A stretch of 56,406 nucleotides of DNA, counting the filler, from Jimgerdemannia flammicorona (taxonomy: Eukaryota), in NCBI GenBank assembly GCA_003990765.1. It is 3 parts of 3 records of this genome, joined end to end, with 100 filler letters (N's around TTAATTAATTAA, not from the genome) between each part and the next. Parts side by side here need not be neighbours in the genome. Positions count along the whole stretch, not along the records: positions 37,681 to 56,406 come from RBNJ01002124.1; 2 more parts are not named here. One strand, 5' to 3'. This document shows, piece after piece, positions 51,131-56,406 of the stretch. Each line of letters begins with the position of its first letter. Position 1 is the first letter of the stretch. Made by a program: the position numbers and the translations under genes. A model generated the notes under the pieces. It saw only the letters and a program-made list of their open reading frames with translations. It did no database searches and had not been told where the DNA came from.

Positions 51131-52436
51131 TGACACAAACAATTGTTGCACCCATATTCAGCAATTAAACCACCACAATGTAGTATACCTTAGCCCCCCC
51201 CCATAGCTAGCAAATTTGTATAAATAACCCTATATCTTAGAGTGAATAAACCTCAGTCAGTTTGTTTTTAAAGTAAAAAGGATTACAGAGAAACCTCACT
51301 GCCTCCAAGAGACTGGATAAATTCTGAGAACAAGATAACTAGAGCAATGATTGCTCAAGGTTTGAGTTAAAGAATTTTCTCTTGCCACAGAAAATGTTCA
51401 AGATTTGCTGCTAAGGAAAGCCACACAAAAAGCCATTCAGTTCAGTTTAAGACCTGCCACTAAAGGAAAGCCATACAAAAAACTGCCAACCACCACCAAG
51501 ATCCCACCAGCCCAACCGTTGTGCATTTGACCTGACTGCTGTACATTTGGAGCCAACTGCCATTCGAGGTTTAAGACCGTGTATTCGAGACCCGCCATTC
51601 AAGTGTTAAGACCCCAGCCAAGGAACCCAAGGATACTTAGCTTAGGAAAGCCAGCACCGTCGTCATTCACCTAACAAGCCAGACAGATGAGTTCCCCTTT
51701 ACCCACTGTGCCACGAACTGTATATGTTCAAGAAGTAATTCGCCACTAGGAAAATTCATCAACCACTAAACAACCGAGTCTCCACCATATGGATCAGATG
51801 AACCGATCACGTGACCATCGACCTGCAACTATCACAAATGCACTCAGTCATATACTACGTGCTCCACCAAGTAGCACATTGAGCCGTGCTTGAAGCAGCT
51901 AGAGATACAAACCGCATGCCACAATATATAACTCTAAAAGAATTAATAGAAATTATATATTATAACTTTATATAGACTTGAGTTACTTGATATTTGCTAG
52001 CCTGTCTCTGGCTAGTTTGATAGTATTAACAAGCTTGAACTACTTGTAGAGATTTTTCTTAAATATTGCCCAATCTTTAACTTTTGTTTCTTAATAGATG
52101 GAATTAGTCATAATATAATTATATATATTATTAGATAGCTATATTCTCTCAGAAAAGAGTAGTAGTAAATTAAATTTATATGTCTTCTTTTATTTTTATA
52201 AGCTTGTAGTATATATTAGTCTAATTAAAAGATTCAGACATCAGTAGACAGTTTTTCTTAATAGCTATTAAAGATATCTGACTTGAGTAACTTAAAGCTG
52301 ATAGAAGTAATTATACAATAAGCTACTATAGTTATACTTTTTACTTTCTATTATTCTAACTATACTTATATATTTTAGATCTAATATATCATAGTAGTAA
52401 TTCTATATTTCTTCTAGATTAATCTAAGTCTCTATA

Positions 52437-52439
<3 letters not shown>

Positions 52440-52529
<90 letters not shown>

Positions 52530-53692
52530 GACTTAAAGTTCTGTGGATTTTTATTAGAAGAGAACCTAGACTATATAGGCCAAAACCCCCTCTCCCCACC
52601 ATTCATCAAGCACTGCTCTCTCATTTAATCTAGGCTAGCTATTGTCCAATAGCTCAATTATATCAGATATAGCAGGGCCTAATGTGACCTATATCTCATT
52701 CTACATACTATGCTCTTCCTACTACTAGAGGAAACTTGACCATATGTCAATGACTGAAAGCATATATACAAGATCATACCCAAGCTAAATAAAATAGCCT
52801 CTACTACCCCAAGTAGAAATAATAGACAAAGAAAAAACCCTCCTCAAGATATAGAATAGTAGATAGAGCCTGGTTCTTCTAAGTGAGATGAGTAGAGAAC
52901 TTATACATAAGGTAAGAGGAGACCCCTAATATTCTACTACTCAAGTCTACAGATCTTAATTATGTTACTATATCAGCTCCTAGTTCCAGTTAAGTATAGC
53001 TAAAATATCTGACCTAGATAGCCTCAGACCCTCTAGCCATCCCTAATGACTGGAGCCCAACCTCATGAATTGCCAAAAGTAGCTGAGAGTAATATCTACT
53101 ATCTAACTACCCTGTACCAATCAAAAGACCCCACTAAAGTAGTATCTACTTTAGCCCTGATGACTGTCTCTAGTCTGGTATTCTACTAGTCTATCTGTTA
53201 TCACTCTTTCTCTTATCTGTGATGGCTATCTCCTCTCTCATTCTAACACTATCTGGAAAACAGTTATCTATACTAGAACTATACTTACTAGGAAGCTCAC
53301 TAAAGCTAGAGGGTCCTACTATAGATACTGAGGATCTGTAAGTAACCTATACTAAGCACTTAATGCCCAAGGTTAGCTGACTCTCTTTATAATCCATAAT
53401 ATACCAAGATAATATCTTATTAGTAATGGTAAAAGAAAGAAGATACTGTATCAAAATAAGTATACCCTAGATATACATAGCTGGAGGTATCAAAAACTAT
53501 AAAAAAGTAAAAAAGATACTGATTAGATACTGATAAAGAGGTAACTCATCACTATTGTCTCCCTCTCACTATCCTGTAATAGATATAACAAACTAACCTG
53601 AGATAGAGAGAGTATTAGTCATAGAAAGTAGACTTAGAAGATTGCCTACCAAATCTTATAACTGATAAGGTAGTAGAGAAAGAGGTGTATTG
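52440..53692 (-). mobile_element. Full-length retroposon copy with a long poly(A) tail
   Basis: Poly(T) 52440-52525; 17-bp TSD TCTAAGTCTCTATATCT (52423-52439) / TCTAAGTTTCTATATCT (53693-53709). Confidence 0.9.
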
Positions 53693-55237
53693 TCTAAGTT
53701 TCTATATCTATATCTTCTATTATAGAGAGATCTAAGTAGTTAACTAGTTCTTTAGTATTTATTTTGGATTTATATAACTAATTGTGACTAGTTGTGACTA
53801 GTTTTTAAATTTATATAAGATTTTTTAATAAGATAAGATTTATCATTACTATTAAATATATATAATAGTTCTAGTTTTTTTAAGAAGAAGTAACTAAATT
53901 TAAAAGTTTTTAATAGGTTTAAAGTAGCTCAAAGAGATAATTATAGATATAATATTTCAAAAAGTTATATAACTAGCTAAGATTAGATACTTAGTGCTAA
54001 GAAAAGATAAGAATATTTTAGTAAAGTCTTAATATTAAGAGAGAATTTCTAAATATTTAAAAGATATATATTGGAATATTGTGAAATATTTAAAAAAAGA
54101 TAAGAAAAAACTAGAGAAAAGATATAAAAATATATTATAATTAAGATATAACTAAAAAATTGTTATATAGTATCTGAATCTGATTTCTGATATAGTATAG
54201 CAGTATAGTTAGTAGTTATCTAATCTTATATAAGTTATAAAAAATCTTATAATTCTAAAAAATCTTATAGTTGTAAGACAAAAAGAAGTTATATACTTAA
54301 CTATCTCTATAGTTAGTAAACTTATATAAATATCTCTAGTATTTAAAGTGAATAAATCTTAGATTAAAATAGTTTAAAAATAAAGAGACAAGAGAACTAA
54401 TAAGTTTATAAATATATAGATATACTTTGAACTTATCCACTTCTATATATCTGAGAACTTAGAAGAGTTAAAGAAAATTAAGTTTTTAAGATAAAAAAAT
54501 CTATTATACTTCTTAAACTATATATCTACTATATTATAACTTAGTATTCATTGGCTGGTAATTTAAGATAAATCTCTCATTTTTAAACTAAATAATAAAT
54601 AACTGCTACCATCTAAATAATCACTCAAATTGAATTAAAACATCTAAATAAGATAGATATAAGACCATCAGTATTTTATAAATATATATCTGATAAATCA
54701 GTTATCATCTTTCTGAATAATTTTGAGCAATATACTACTATAAGAACTCTGTCCATAGTTCAGCAAGTAGCTCTTATGCTCTTCAGTCTATAAGATCTAG
54801 TAAGAGCTGTATTTTTGATAGAAAATTATACAGAACAAGATAATACTACATAGTGCTCTGAACTAGTCAATTTAATCCAGATTAGATTCAGATTAATTTG
54901 GATTGAATCTCATCTGGATTAACTCAGATGAAAAATAAGCTGATCTAGATTGATTTAAATCAAACATTGTTTTGATTTTCAAAATTAGACAATTAAATGT
55001 TTACATCAATAACTTGATGTATAATTATCCAATTTTGATAATTATGATGTCATTTTAAAGCCCTTAATAAGGCCTTTCTAATGATATCAAGAATATTGAA
55101 ATTGGATCATATATTGCTAAGTTATCAAGAAAAACATCCAACTTGCCAATTTTGGAAATTATTCAACTTGCTGATTTTGGAAATTTCTTTAAAAAGATCA
55201 TTTAATGTTCTTAGTATCATTAGAAAGGCCTTATCAT

Positions 55238-56406
55238 CCCTTTCTCCACTACCTTACTGGTCACAAGGTTTGGTAGGCAATCTTCCAAGTCCCCTTTCCC
55301 CTATTATTACCCCCTCTACCTCAGGTTGGTTTACTGTGCCTGCAGAGGCATGGTGGGAGGAGGGTAATGGTGATGAGTTGTCTCTTTATCGGTGTTGAAT
55401 CAGTGCTTCCTCTACTTTTTCACAGATTCTGGTGCCTTCAGCTGCATCTGGGGTGTACCCATTTTGGTGCGGCACCTTCTTCCTTTTGCCATCGCCAACA
55501 AGGAGTTGTCTCAGTATATCTTGGGCTATGTAGGGAGTTGGCCAACCTTGGGCGTCAAGTGCTCAGTATAGGTTATCTACAGGTCCTCGGTACCTGTGGT
55601 GGGGCCCTCTGGCTTTGGTGAGCTTCCTGGCGAGTGTGGTTCTGGCATAGGTGACTGTTTTTCAGGTATTGTCAGGATGGGAGAGGAGATGGCCATCACA
55701 GATAGGAGAAAGGACAATAATGGTGAACCAATAGAGTGCCAGGCTGGGGGCGGTCATCGGGGCTGGGGCAGGTACTGCTTCAGTGGGGCCTTTTGATTGG
55801 TGCAGTGCAGTTAGGTAGTAGGTGTCACTATCAGCTTCTTTTGGTGGTTAGCGGGGTTAGGCCCCAGTTGTTAGAGGGAGTTGGGAGGCCCAAGGCTACC
55901 CATTTCAGGTATCTTGGCTACACTCAACTGGAACCAGGAGCTGATATGGCAATGTGATCAAGGCTTACAGACTTGAGTAGTGGGGTATTGAGGGTTTTCT
56001 CTCACCTCACGTGTAAGTCCTTTACTCATCTCGACTGGGAGAACCAGGCCCTACCCACCATGTTGTGCTTTGATGAGGGTTTTTTCTTTGCCTGTCATTC
56101 TCTTTAGGGTGGCAGAGGCTATTCTATTCAGCTCAGACATGGCCTTGTACATACATTGGGTTCTCAAGCATACGCTTTCAGTCATTGGCATATGGTTGGG
56201 TTTCCCCTGGTAGTAGGGAGAGCATGGTGTGCAGAATGAGGTACAGGCCTATATCGGCCCTGCTGCACCTGACATGGTCGAGCTGCTGGACAATAGCTAG
56301 CCTAGGTTAATGGGGTGGCAGTGCTTGGTGGGTGGTGGGGGAGGGTTTTGGCCTATATAGTCTAGGTTCCCTTCTAATAAAAATCCGCGGGACATGAGTC
56401 CATTAA
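55238..56406 (+). mobile_element. Least-mutated retroposon copy; the contig ends at the start of its poly(A)
   Basis: Same 5' start (ctttctccactaccttactggtcacaagg) and 3' end (aataaaaatccgcgggacatgagtccattaa). Retains more GC and CpG than the other copies. Confidence 0.9.

Larger units (their letters stand above)
49752..51923 (+). mobile_element. Solo LTR, family B (2172 bp), carrying a U3 ORF
   Basis: Termini TGTGACATACG ... CGCATGCCACA (11-bp inverted repeat, 2 G>A differences), ATAT on both flanks (4-bp TSD). TATAAATAACCC at 51219 followed by AATAAA. Confidence 0.85.
46048..52420 (-). mobile_element. Highly degenerate Ty3/gypsy gag-protease-RT remnant hosting solo LTRs A and B; boundaries approximate
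   Basis: Minus-strand remnants VLINSRVANNFI (LIDSGA..NFI protease, ~48740-48770), EDYDLILG (~48550) and FKNVF..DKLSDLP..EVNYEIKL (pre-RT, ~46170-46260). Confidence 0.65.

Noticed and set aside
55081..55957. Short ORFs within retroposon copies (e.g. MVGPSGFGELPGE, also 3009..3209)
   Set aside because: Non-ATG starts, inconsistent frames and stops among copies, and no recognisable domain.

Overview
Eukaryotic, almost certainly fungal, DNA. The intron-rich GC-rich genes, BTB-SPRY gene, GT25 gene and 'GNFSAP'-type methyltransferase suggest an early-diverging fungus (Mucoromycota, e.g. Endogonales-like); this assignment is inference. The window is three contigs (1-18740, 18841-37580, 37681-56406; 18740/18740/18726 bp) joined by artificial N44-TTAATTAATTAA-N44 spacers, so they are probably not neighbours. 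Two CpG-rich gene islands contain a methyltransferase pseudogene, mitochondrial bL17, Tlg2/syntaxin-16, Iba57/Caf17, Gna1 with an unusual ~98-aa C-terminal tail, a GT25 glycosyltransferase and a BTB-SPRY gene. The rest is mostly nested, hypermutated (CpA/CpG->TpA, RIP-like) transposons: L1/Tx1-like LINEs, Ty3/gypsy remnants, a TA-targeting IS630/Tc1/mariner element and five copies of a ~1.2-kb poly(A)-tailed non-coding retroposon. The main discovery: three different families of very long LTRs (1.6-2.2 kb; TG..CA ends, TSDs, one copy preceded by a PPT) each carry, in U3 upstream of a TATAAATA box, a 272-366-codon ORF. The three ORFs share one helical domain (Y-x-IG-x-(L/R)L ... (H/Q)-(Q/E)-(I/L)F ... 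I-x-x-L ... LS) followed by an acidic tail. This points to a conserved LTR-encoded accessory protein, analogous in position to retroviral nef or MMTV sag.
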